A DNA stretch of 64,000 nt, from the NCBI GenBank assembly GCA_036524155.1, contig DATDCV010000506.1:1029-65028 (forward strand), written 5' to 3'. Under the pieces are notes generated by a model. It worked only from the letters and a program-made list of their open reading frames with translations, was not told the DNA's origin and did no database searches. Origin of the DNA: Verrucomicrobiia bacterium. Lineage in GTDB: Bacteria; Verrucomicrobiota; Verrucomicrobiia; Limisphaerales; UBA8199. Made by a program: the position numbers and the translations under genes. Below, piece after piece: positions 26,302 through 35,151 of this stretch. Each line of letters begins with the position of its first letter. The first letter of the stretch is position 1.

Positions 26302-27486
26302 ATGAAACTTACTCCGAAGTTCGCCATCGCGGTGGTGGCCTTGTCTTGTCTGAGCCTCACTGACATCGCTCAGGCACAATTCTCTCTGGTCACGGTTGGG
26401 AAGACGACCAACTATTCCACTTTCGCGCGCGGAGTAGCCGTCGACGGAAACTACGCCTTTCTCGCCAATGACACCTACGGGACCGGCCTCTGCATCTACG
26501 ATATTTCCGACCCGACAAACCCGTTCCGCGTCAGCACCACCCCGGGCGTTGCGACGCTGGTCATAGTGACTAATAATCGAGCCTTCCTGGATGATTCAGG
26601 GATGAAGATTTATGACGTCGCCAACCCAAGCAGCCCTGCCTATCTGGGAGCCGCCACAAATATCACTCTTCGTCTAAAAACCCTGGCTGGGAACCGAGCG
26701 TTCTTGCTGAATGAGTATGGAGGCCTGATGATTTACGACGTCTCCGATCCCACCAATCCCGTCGGTCTGGGTTCCACCAACCTTTATCGCCCTAACGGGG
26801 TGGCTGTGTCCGGTGATTATGCCTATGTCGTCGGCACCTTCTTTGAGGGGACCAACCAGAGCTCGCTTCTAAGCTTCAACATCTCGGACCCTGCCAACCC
26901 ATTTTTAGTGCAACGAGTCTCGATCCCCCCCTCTGACACCATGAACTGGGTCTCCATCGCAATCTCAGGCGACCGCGCCTACATCGGTGGCTCTGGCCAG
27001 ACAATGCGGCTGTGGATTTACGACATTTCGAATCCCACAAATGTGGTCCCTCTGGGCAACGTCTCAGGCCGGGCTTTGGGCTCGAGGATTGTGGTGGCTG
27101 GCAACTTCGTATTTTTGCCCGTCTACGGGTTGCTTACGGTTTATGATGTTTCAAACCCCGCCGACCCTTTCTGCGTTGCTGCGACCCCTTCCTCCGCCCG
27201 TGATGTTGCCCTCTCCGGTAACTATCTCTGTGCGGCTTGTGGTGTCGAAGGGCTCGTGGTGTATCTGCTTGTTCCGCAACTGCACGTGGCTTTGTCTAAC
27301 CCGCAAAACGTGCTGCTCTCCTGGTCTGTCCCACCCGTGAACAACTTTGTCCTGCAGCAACAGACCGACCTTGCGACGCCAGGCTGGGTGGACGTCACCA
27401 ACACGCCCGTCGTTTGGAGCAACCGCAGCGAAGTGTCTCTCCCAGCCTCAGCTGGAACCAGGTTTTATCGCCTTCGCTCCCCATAG
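26302..27486 (+). CDS. Secreted LVIVD-repeat beta-propeller protein with FYR-type tail
   Basis: Repeats IYDISDPTNPFRVS, IYDVANPSSPAYLG, IYDVSDPTNPVGLG, FNISDPANPFLV, IYDISNPTNVVPLG, VYDVSNPADPFCVA. Signal peptide present. Tail ...TDLATPGWVDV...TRFYRLRSP. Confidence 0.88.
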   Translation: MKLTPKFAIAVVALSCLSLTDIAQAQFSLVTVGKTTNYSTFARGVAVDGNYAFLANDTYGTGLCIYDISDPTNPFRVSTTPGVATLVIVTNNRAFLDDSGMKIYDVANPSSPAYLGAATNITLRLKTLAGNRAFLLNEYGGLMIYDVSDPTNPVGLGSTNLYRPNGVAVSGDYAYVVGTFFEGTNQSSLLSFNISDPANPFLVQRVSIPPSDTMNWVSIAISGDRAYIGGSGQTMRLWIYDISNPTNVVPLGNVSGRALGSRIVVAGNFVFLPVYGLLTVYDVSNPADPFCVAATPSSARDVALSGNYLCAACGVEGLVVYLLVPQLHVALSNPQNVLLSWSVPPVNNFVLQQQTDLATPGWVDVTNTPVVWSNRSEVSLPASAGTRFYRLRSP

Positions 27487-27614
27487 GCCCGCCCTCATTT
27501 CCAAACCGCGGCCTTCTCGGGGTCAGAACGAAGTTCCCTGCTTCCACCCCGGGTCCGAACTGCTAACCCGTTCAAAGCCCCGGCATTTGTGGAGTGAGAA
27601 GTGTGAAGGCTATA

Positions 27615-27695
27615 CGCACCGACATAAGTCGCGCCGCGTGAGGGCACGCGGCCTACAAGGGACGGCCCGCGTGCCCTCACGCGGCGCAAGCATTT
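27615..27695 (+). repeat. R1 palindromic element, copy B
   Basis: Perfect 21-bp stem 27631-27651 / 27667-27687 (GCGCCGCGTGAGGGCACGCGG / CCGCGTGCCCTCACGCGGCGC). Flanks are identical to the reverse complement of 14387-14470. Confidence 0.88.
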
Positions 27696-27804
27696 ATGAC
27701 GTCCAGTATAAAACAATTCTTGAGCTCTTATCACCCTGCGCAATCCTCTTCTGAAATTCCAAACGAACTTGCCTTCAGGCGCGCAGCCCAGAAAAATACG
27801 CGGC

Positions 27805-30255
27805 ATGAATTCGCACTGGGCTAAAGCGACATTTCTTGATCTCAAAGCCACTGGCTCACGCCTGTTTATCCTTTGCCTGGCACTTTGCTGCGCGGGTTTG
27901 CTGTCCGCCGCGCCCGGAGACAGTCACTGGGACAGGCAGTTCGGCCTGCCCGGCACGACCAATCGCGTTTTTGCGCTCCGGTTCAACGGGGACAAGCTCT
28001 ACGCCGGCGGCTACGCCGTCAGCACGGGGGGGCTGCTGGCCACGAACACCGGCGTGGACATCTTCGACGGCACCAACTGGAGCACCGCGATGGGCGAACT
28101 GACGGGCGGAAGCTGTGTCATTTACGATATCGGTTTTCTGCGCGGCGACATTTACGTGGCGGGCGTTTTTTCCCGGGCCGGCGGCCTATCGTCGCCGGGT
28201 CTCGCAAAGTGGAATGGAACGGATTGGTCGAGCATCGGCTTCGCCGGCGCCGCGCTGGCATTGGTTTCCGACGGAACAAACCTCTACGTCGGCGGTTCCT
28301 TCGCCAACGCGGGCGGCGTGCTCAATACGAATGTCGCGCGCTACGACGGCACGAACTGGTATTCGATGGGCGGGGGCATCGGATATGACGGCGGTCTAAG
28401 CTCGTACGTGTATGTTCTCGAGTTGCACAACGGCCTGCTCTATGCCGGCGGGGTTTTCACCAACGCAGGCACCGTCGCCGCTGCCAACATCGCCAGGTGG
28501 GATGGATCCAGTTGGTCGTCGCTGGGCACTGGTCCGGCCAACGGCGCGAACAACAGTGTTATGGCGCTTGCCTTTCAGGGGAACGATCTGTATGTGGGCG
28601 GAGACTTCAGCGCCGCCGGGGGTGCATCGGCCAACGGCATCGCCAAATGGGACGGCGCGTCCTGGTCGGCATTGGGCTCCGGTTGCAGAGGCGGCGTGAG
28701 CTGCATCGGCATTCTCGGCTCGGACATTTACGTTGGCGGCGGGTTTACCAATGTCGGAGGCGTTAAAGCGTACGCCCTGGCCAAATGGGACGGCGTCTCG
28801 TGGACAACCTGGCCGACGACCGACGGCGTTTTTCAGTATCCGCTGAACGACGATCCTAGCCGCATGTTGGTCAAAGACGGCTCGCTCTACATAGCCGGGG
28901 GGTTCAATCAGGCCGGCGACGTCATCGCCAATCACGTCGCGCGTTATGATGGCAGCAATTTTTATCCGCTGGGCGAAAAACCAGCCAATGGATTCGCCAC
29001 TCCGCCCATCAACGTAGCCTGCATCGGCCAGGCGGACGACGGTATTTATGTCGGCGGACTGTTCACCGCGGCGGGGAAGACTCTGGCCAACCGCATCGCG
29101 CGCTGGGATGGAACGAGCTGGAATACGGTTGGCGGCGGAACCATGGGCGGCACCAGCAGCGCGAACCGCGTGCTGGCGATCGCGGGCAGGGGCACCGATG
29201 TCTTTGTTGGGGGCACATTCACCAACGTCGGCGGGATCGATGTCAGGAACATCGCGCGTTGGGACGGCGCAAACTGGTGGAATATGGGCTTCGGCTTCGA
29301 CGCCAGCGTCAGTGTGTTGGCGGCCACGCCGACCGCCGTTTATGCCGGCGGAAGCTTCACCAACGTGACCGACCCGCCTTACCTCATCACCGTCAACCAC
29401 ATCGCCATGTGGGATGGCCTCAATTGGTATAACCTCGGTTCGGGCGTCAACGCCAGCGGCACGGTCAACGCCATCGCCGCCTCCGGCAATAATGTTTACA
29501 TCGGCGGGACGTTTACCAGCGCGGGCGGGGTGACCGCCAACCGGATCGCAGTGTGGAACGGGTTCAACTGGACCTCACTCGGCAGTGGTTCGGCCAACGG
29601 CCTGAACGGGACCGTGTACGCCATCGCCATCAACGGCACCGATGTGTACGTCGGCGGCTCGTTCGCCAACGCCGGGACCACGACCGTTCGCGGCATCGCC
29701 AAATGGGACGGCGCGAACTGGTCCGGCCTGGGTAGCGGCGCGACCGGCACGAGCACGGCGGACATCCGGGCCCTGGCTTTCGGCGGTGACGGCAAACTGT
29801 ATTGCTGCGGACGTTTCACCAACATCAGCGGCATCAACGCCAGCAGCATCGCTCGCTGGGACGGCGCCAAATGGGAAGCGCTGGGCAGCGGATTTTTTGC
29901 GGATTCCGCCATTGTGCGGGGGACCGATCTCGTGATTCGGGGCGATGACGTGTTCGCCGTGGGCAGCTTCACCGGCGCCGGCTTGACTGACTCGAGCGGC
30001 ATCGCCCGCTGGAACGAGACGATTGATTTCACGCCGCCGTTCAGCATCGGTTTTTCCCGAACCCAACTGCTGCCCGGAAACATTTTCAAGTCGCGCATCA
30101 CCTGTAGCGAGCGCACGACTTATCTGATTGAATACTCGGACGATTTCCAAACGTGGGCCCCCCTGATGACGAACAGCGCGATGCAGCTTGATTTCACCGA
30201 CACCGTGTCGCCACCCATCAATCGGCGCTTCTTCCGGGCCAAAGGAATTCCTTGA
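27805..30255 (+). CDS. Secreted multi-blade beta-propeller repeat protein (DUF5122/delta-60-like repeats) with FYR-type tail
   Basis: About 14 repeats of GG.F...GG...N.IA+WDG..WS.LGSG. Start at MNSHW (ATG 27805) precedes the signal peptide LFILCLALCCAGLLSA. Tail YLIEYSDDFQTWAPL...RRFFRAKGIP. Confidence 0.85.
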   Translation: MNSHWAKATFLDLKATGSRLFILCLALCCAGLLSAAPGDSHWDRQFGLPGTTNRVFALRFNGDKLYAGGYAVSTGGLLATNTGVDIFDGTNWSTAMGELTGGSCVIYDIGFLRGDIYVAGVFSRAGGLSSPGLAKWNGTDWSSIGFAGAALALVSDGTNLYVGGSFANAGGVLNTNVARYDGTNWYSMGGGIGYDGGLSSYVYVLELHNGLLYAGGVFTNAGTVAAANIARWDGSSWSSLGTGPANGANNSVMALAFQGNDLYVGGDFSAAGGASANGIAKWDGASWSALGSGCRGGVSCIGILGSDIYVGGGFTNVGGVKAYALAKWDGVSWTTWPTTDGVFQYPLNDDPSRMLVKDGSLYIAGGFNQAGDVIANHVARYDGSNFYPLGEKPANGFATPPINVACIGQADDGIYVGGLFTAAGKTLANRIARWDGTSWNTVGGGTMGGTSSANRVLAIAGRGTDVFVGGTFTNVGGIDVRNIARWDGANWWNMGFGFDASVSVLAATPTAVYAGGSFTNVTDPPYLITVNHIAMWDGLNWYNLGSGVNASGTVNAIAASGNNVYIGGTFTSAGGVTANRIAVWNGFNWTSLGSGSANGLNGTVYAIAINGTDVYVGGSFANAGTTTVRGIAKWDGANWSGLGSGATGTSTADIRALAFGGDGKLYCCGRFTNISGINASSIARWDGAKWEALGSGFFADSAIVRGTDLVIRGDDVFAVGSFTGAGLTDSSGIARWNETIDFTPPFSIGFSRTQLLPGNIFKSRITCSERTTYLIEYSDDFQTWAPLMTNSAMQLDFTDTVSPPINRRFFRAKGIP

Positions 30256-30497
30256 TCTGCAAGGCGCCTCGAAGGCCATTGACCTGGGCGCGCTGAAGTG
30301 AAACTTCCGAGTAATGAAGGGCCAACATTAACCGGGTGGCAGCCGACAACGACGGCTCGTTCCGACCCCGAGCCGCGACCCTTCTTCCTGGAAAAGGATG
30401 TCACAATGATCTGCAGGCGATCAATTTGCGGTCGATTTCCGCTTGTGCTCCGAAGCGATCCGTGGTAATGTTGTTACCACAATATGAATGCAAACCT

Positions 30498-30866
30498 ATG
30501 TTCGGCGAATTCATAAAACAGATCCGGGCACGCCAGCGCCTGGGCCTGCGCGAATTCTGTCTCCAAAACGGATATGACCCCAGCAACTGGAGCAAGATCG
30601 AGCGCGAAGTCCTCGCTCCGCCGCGCGACGAAGACACGCTTCGGACCTGGGCCAGGCAACTCGGCCTCAAACAAGGCTCGGACGATTGGCTCAGGTTCTT
30701 CGACTACGCCGCCGTGGATTCCGGGCGCATCCCCGATTACATCCTGAAAGACGAAAAGCTCGTCGCCCAAATGCCGGTTTTCTTCCGCACGATTTCCGGT
30801 CAGAAACCCTCACGTGAGGACCTGGAAAAACTCGTGGAGTTGATCAGAAGTGCGAACCGACCTTGA
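30498..30866 (+). CDS. XRE-family helix-turn-helix regulator (CapH/ImmR-like position)
   Basis: MFGEFIKQIRARQRLGLREFCLQNGYDPSNWSKIEREV is an HTH_3 pattern. The stop overlaps the start of the next gene (TTGA at 30863-30866). Confidence 0.8.
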   Translation: MFGEFIKQIRARQRLGLREFCLQNGYDPSNWSKIEREVLAPPRDEDTLRTWARQLGLKQGSDDWLRFFDYAAVDSGRIPDYILKDEKLVAQMPVFFRTISGQKPSREDLEKLVELIRSANRP

Positions 30867-31498
30867 ACGACCCGCATAAATTCAAAGCGCCATACAATCC
30901 CAAAGAACGTATCTGGCAGGAAGCCGACCGCTTGCGCGCCGCGCATCCGGCAGGCCGCGAACTGCCTGTCAAAATCCTCGACCTCGCCGAATTCGATTTG
31001 CATCTCGACCTCGTGCCTGAGAATGGCCTGCGCGAGCAACTCGACATTGACGCGCTGCTCATGGGCGATCTGAAATCCATCCTCGTGGACAAACGAGCCT
31101 TCATGAGTCCGCGGCTCGAATACCGCCTGCGGTTCTCCGTCGCCCACGAAATCGGCCATTTCGTTCTGCACCGCGAAATCTATGCGGGGCTGCAACACGC
31201 CACTGCCGCCGCATGGTTCGATTACATCTCCGCCATACCCGAAGTCGAATACGGCTGGGTGGAATGGCAGGCCTACGAATTCGCCGGACGCCTGCTGGTG
31301 CCGCCCGAACCGTTGCGCCAAGCCTTTCAAACCGCGATCCAATCCGCGCAAGCCGCCGGCTATTCCGACTGGTTGGCTGCCGACGAGGCCGCGCTCGACT
31401 ACATCGCCACGCGCATCGTGCCAAAATTCGGCGTCTCGGCGGAAGTAATTGCGAGACGATTGCGGGTGGAAAAACTTTGGCCGCCAAAGAATTCTTAA
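30863..31498 (+). CDS. ImmA/IrrE-family (Peptidase_M78) zinc metallopeptidase
   Basis: HExxH in FSVAHEIGHFVLH, followed by EWQAYEFAGRLLVP (the third-ligand/E..AN.FA..LL motif region). TTG start coupled to the HTH gene. Confidence 0.85.
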   Translation: MNDPHKFKAPYNPKERIWQEADRLRAAHPAGRELPVKILDLAEFDLHLDLVPENGLREQLDIDALLMGDLKSILVDKRAFMSPRLEYRLRFSVAHEIGHFVLHREIYAGLQHATAAAWFDYISAIPEVEYGWVEWQAYEFAGRLLVPPEPLRQAFQTAIQSAQAAGYSDWLAADEAALDYIATRIVPKFGVSAEVIARRLRVEKLWPPKNS

Positions 31499-31514
31499 TC
31501 CAACGCCGACGCGA

Positions 31515-33263
31515 ATGATTACTCAACTGGTAATTAAGAATTTCCGGGGATTTGATCGTCATACCGTTCCCTTGCGCCCGACCACGATCTTGGTCGGCAA
31601 AAACAACGCTGGCAAATCAACCGTAGTAGAGGCCCTGCGCCTCGTGAGCATGGTCACGAATCGCTACAAGGGACTGACCTATCATCCGCTGCCAAGGTGG
31701 CTTGATCGTCCTCGGCGCGAGCGGGGCGTGTTCCCAGCCGTTGACAAGGCGGAATTCAGCAGCGAAGCCGTGTTTTATCGTCTCGGAGAACCGCCAGCAC
31801 ACATCACTGCACATTTCCAAACAGGAGAAACAGTGGAAGTCTTTATCGGCCCAGAGTTTCAGGTCGTTGGGATCATAAAAGACCATCAGAAAGAGGTGAT
31901 CCAAAGCAAGGGAGGAGCATTCAAGCTTGATTTGCCACAGGTCAGTATTTTGCCTCAAATAGGACCGCTGCTACGCGAGGAATTGCTGCTAGTAGATGGG
32001 TATGTCCGTCAGAATGTTTCATCAACCCGGACTTCGCTCCATTTTAGAAACCAGCTCTATTTGATGCGTGATAGGTTTGCGGCTTTTAAGGAATTAGCCG
32101 AGGCTACGTGGCACGATCTTGCTCTTGATCCTGTAGAAGCTAAACAGCTTTCGTACACTGAAACCGGGCTCTCACTGTTTGTACGCGACTCTGATTTTAT
32201 TGCTGAGATTGGATGGATGGGACACGGCCTGCAAATGTGGTTGCAGACAATGTGGTTTCTGACCTACGCATCGGCATCAAAAAGCGTCATTCTTGACGAG
32301 CCTGACGTCTATATGCACGCGGACCTGCAGAGGCGGTTGATCCGCCTACTTCGTACACGACATCATCAAACGATCATTGCCACTCACTCCGTTGAAATAA
32401 TGGCTGAGGTCGAGCCTGACGAAGTGCTAGTCATTGACCGCAAGAAATCCCGTTCACACTTTGCAGGCTCGCAACCCGAAGTTCAAAGCTTACTAAGCAG
32501 CATCGGCAGCATTCAGAACATCCAGCTTGCCAGGCTTGGAGTTGCGGGCAGATTCGTAATGTTGGAAGGGGATGATATGGATTTTCTCAAGCGTTTTCAG
32601 AACACCTTGTTCCCAGAAAGCGCGACCCCCATCGACACGATTCCACACAAGGCGATCGGTGGCTGGAACGGATGGGAGCGCGCCCGCGGTTTTTCGATCC
32701 TTCTGCGCGATGCTGCCAAAAGTACAATCACGCCATACTGCATCCTCGATTCGGACTACAAGACCCCGGCAGCAATTCAGAAGCGGTTGGAAGTAGCAAA
32801 GACAGAGGGTATACAACTGCACATCTGGAAACGAAAAGAAATTGAGAATTACCTGCTCGCACCTTCAGCAATTCATCGAATAATTGCCAGAGATGCAGCA
32901 CCGGAAATCCCGATCCCTAAGGTTGCTGACGTGGAAGCTAAGCTTGACGAGATCGCGGAATCTCTTCGTCTAGATGTTTTGAACGGGATGGCCGCCGAGT
33001 TCTTTGAGGAGGACCGAAAGATTGGATTTCCCGGGGCGAACAAAAAGGCGCTGGAACGACTAGATGGCATTTGGAGGACGCGGCAGGGAAGGATGTCTGC
33101 CGTTTGCGGCAAAGATGTTCTGCACAAGCTCTTTGACTGGGCAAGCAGGAACTTCAAGGTTTCTCTCAGCGCGCTGAAACTGGCTAAAGAGATTTCTGAA
33201 CGAGAACTCGACCTGGAAGTAAAGCAAGTCCTGAGTTCCATCGAATGGAATCGAACATTTTGA
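31515..33263 (+). CDS. ABC/SMC-like ATPase fused to Toprim-like (DUF4435/OLD-type) nuclease domain
   Basis: MITQLVIKNFRGF..., Walker A GKNNAGKST (31596-31622), Walker B VILDEPDVYMHADLQRRL, IIATHS. C-terminal FVMLEGDDMDF, CILDSDYK, WKRKEIENYLL. 582 aa, lower GC than neighbours. Confidence 0.8.
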   Translation: MITQLVIKNFRGFDRHTVPLRPTTILVGKNNAGKSTVVEALRLVSMVTNRYKGLTYHPLPRWLDRPRRERGVFPAVDKAEFSSEAVFYRLGEPPAHITAHFQTGETVEVFIGPEFQVVGIIKDHQKEVIQSKGGAFKLDLPQVSILPQIGPLLREELLLVDGYVRQNVSSTRTSLHFRNQLYLMRDRFAAFKELAEATWHDLALDPVEAKQLSYTETGLSLFVRDSDFIAEIGWMGHGLQMWLQTMWFLTYASASKSVILDEPDVYMHADLQRRLIRLLRTRHHQTIIATHSVEIMAEVEPDEVLVIDRKKSRSHFAGSQPEVQSLLSSIGSIQNIQLARLGVAGRFVMLEGDDMDFLKRFQNTLFPESATPIDTIPHKAIGGWNGWERARGFSILLRDAAKSTITPYCILDSDYKTPAAIQKRLEVAKTEGIQLHIWKRKEIENYLLAPSAIHRIIARDAAPEIPIPKVADVEAKLDEIAESLRLDVLNGMAAEFFEEDRKIGFPGANKKALERLDGIWRTRQGRMSAVCGKDVLHKLFDWASRNFKVSLSALKLAKEISERELDLEVKQVLSSIEWNRTF

Positions 33264-33297
33264 GTTCTAGCAGCAGGGAACACGTTAGCTCAACCTG

Positions 33298-33978
33298 GTG
33301 CCTATTACAGACCCCGAAATCGAGATGTACACCGACGGGGGATGCGAACCGAATCCCGGGCCGGGCGGTTATGGCGTGGTGTTGAGGCATCCCAAGAAAC
33401 GCGCCGAAGTCAGTGGCGGGTTTCGGAAGACCACCAACAACCGGATGGAGATTTTCGCCGCCATCGCCGGACTGGAATTGTTGAAGCAGACCTCCAAGGT
33501 CACGCTCTACAGCGATTCGGAGTATCTGGTGAACGCGATGACCAAGGGCTGGGTCGAGTCCTGGAAACGGAAGCAGTGGCGGCACAGCAAAACGGAGCGC
33601 GTGCCCAATTGCGAACTTTGGGAACGGCTGCTGGGTCTCTGCGAAAAGCATCAGGTGGAATTTCGCTGGGTGAAAGGTCACGCGGGCCTTCCGGAAAACG
33701 AACGTTGCGATCAACTTGCGATGGCCGCGCTGCGAGAGGCCAATCTTCCGATCGACGAAGGTTACGAAAACAAACCGGAATCCGAAGGCGTCCAGCCCGA
33801 TATGCAGGAGGGCGATCCGTGCCGGAAGTGTTCCGCACCGGTCGTCAAGCAGGAGCCGCGCGCTAGACGGAATCGCGGCTTCTATTACGAATATTATCTT
33901 TGGTGTCCGAAATGCCAGGCCACCTACGAAGTTGAATCGGCCAAGCGATTTGTGGAGCCGCCGCCGTCGTTGTTTTGA
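33298..33978 (+). CDS. rnhA: Ribonuclease HI with about 75-aa C-terminal extension containing a 4-Cys zinc ribbon
   Basis: RNase H catalytic pattern YTDGG (D), NRMEIFA (E), LYSDSEY (D), ENERCDQLA (D), WVKGHAG. Extension contains CRKC...(22 aa)...CPKC. GTG start at 33298. Confidence 0.88.
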   Translation: MPITDPEIEMYTDGGCEPNPGPGGYGVVLRHPKKRAEVSGGFRKTTNNRMEIFAAIAGLELLKQTSKVTLYSDSEYLVNAMTKGWVESWKRKQWRHSKTERVPNCELWERLLGLCEKHQVEFRWVKGHAGLPENERCDQLAMAALREANLPIDEGYENKPESEGVQPDMQEGDPCRKCSAPVVKQEPRARRNRGFYYEYYLWCPKCQATYEVESAKRFVEPPPSLF

Positions 33979-34229
33979 GTTGAGACCGCCGGGCCACTGA
34001 TTCGCACCCTTCCATCAGCGACAGATCGATTTCTTGGGACGCATTTTTTGGAGCTGCAGCGTTCGCGACAATGAACAGGCCAATCTCGCCGTTGTCCGCA
34101 TGGGGCACCAACCGCTCGCTTACCCTGGCATCCTCCAGCGCTTTATGAATGGCGGCGAGGACAACCGATCGCACGTTCGGCGAGAATCGTCTTGATCATT
34201 CGACCGCGTTCTGGACGATCCGATTGATA

Positions 34230-35141
34230 ATGTCTGAGCCATCCAGCGTGAGTCCGCCCCGAACCGCCAAGAAAAGGCGGAGCGGGGAGACGTCAGTCCC
34301 AACACGGCCCAACAGCGAGGCGCAGCCGTTTCTCAAGTGGGCCGGCGGAAAGGGGCAATTGCTCGCACAATTCGACCGGTTTCTCCCAGAGTCCATCGAC
34401 CGCTACCTCGAGCCGTTTGTGGGCGGCGGGGCGGTGTTTTTTCACCTGAAGCAGCGATTCCCTGGAATGCGCGCCTTTCTTCGCGATAATAATTCGGAGC
34501 TCGTCAACGTTTACGCGGCTGTCCGTGATTTCCCAGAGGAACTCATGCGCCAACTTGACGCCCACCTCGAGCGGTACCGTGCCGACCGGGAGGGCTATTA
34601 CTACTTTGTCCGCAGCCAGCACCACCTTCCGCTCACCCAGATCGTGGAACGCGCCGCACGGATGATTTTCCTCAACAAAACCTGTTTTAATGGCCTGTAC
34701 CGCGTCAACGGCCGTGGGGAGTTCAACGTGCCAATTGGCTCACACACGAACCCTGCACTCTACGACCGCGCAAACATTCTTGCGACGAGCGCCGCCCTGC
34801 GCGACGTGCAGTTGGCCACGCAAGACTTCCGCGATACCATGAACGAGGCTCGCCCCGGTGATTTCGTCTATATCGATCCCCCGTACGTACCCGTTTCCCG
34901 AACCGCGAGCTTCACATCGTACACCAAAGAGGATTTCGGGCAGGAGGAGCAGCGCGAACTTGCCGCACTTTGCGCAGACCTCGCCCGGCGCGGTGTTCGT
35001 TTCATGCTTTCCAACTCCGACATCGTTTTCGTCCGTAGATTGTACGGGAACTTCACTATCAATACCGTGCGCGCTCGCCGCGCCATCAACTGTAACGGCT
35101 CGAAGCGAGGCCATGTGAACGAAGTGGTGGTAACCAACTGA
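34230..35141 (+). CDS. dam: Dam-family (D12 class) N6-adenine DNA methyltransferase
   Basis: PFLKWAGGKGQLL, EPFVGGGAVFF, FNGLYRVN..GEFNVP, catalytic FVYIDPPYVP. Start chosen at MSEPSS (ATG 34230). Confidence 0.9.
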   Translation: MSEPSSVSPPRTAKKRRSGETSVPTRPNSEAQPFLKWAGGKGQLLAQFDRFLPESIDRYLEPFVGGGAVFFHLKQRFPGMRAFLRDNNSELVNVYAAVRDFPEELMRQLDAHLERYRADREGYYYFVRSQHHLPLTQIVERAARMIFLNKTCFNGLYRVNGRGEFNVPIGSHTNPALYDRANILATSAALRDVQLATQDFRDTMNEARPGDFVYIDPPYVPVSRTASFTSYTKEDFGQEEQRELAALCADLARRGVRFMLSNSDIVFVRRLYGNFTINTVRARRAINCNGSKRGHVNEVVVTN

Positions 35142-35151
35142 TCAAGCTCCG

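Noticed and set aside
33863-34174. The minus-strand 103-aa ORF in the RNase H-to-dam gap
   Set aside because: It overlaps the RNase H 3' end by 115 nt, has no recognisable domain and has an implausible Arg/Ala-rich tail. The gap is more likely a promoter or regulatory region for dam.
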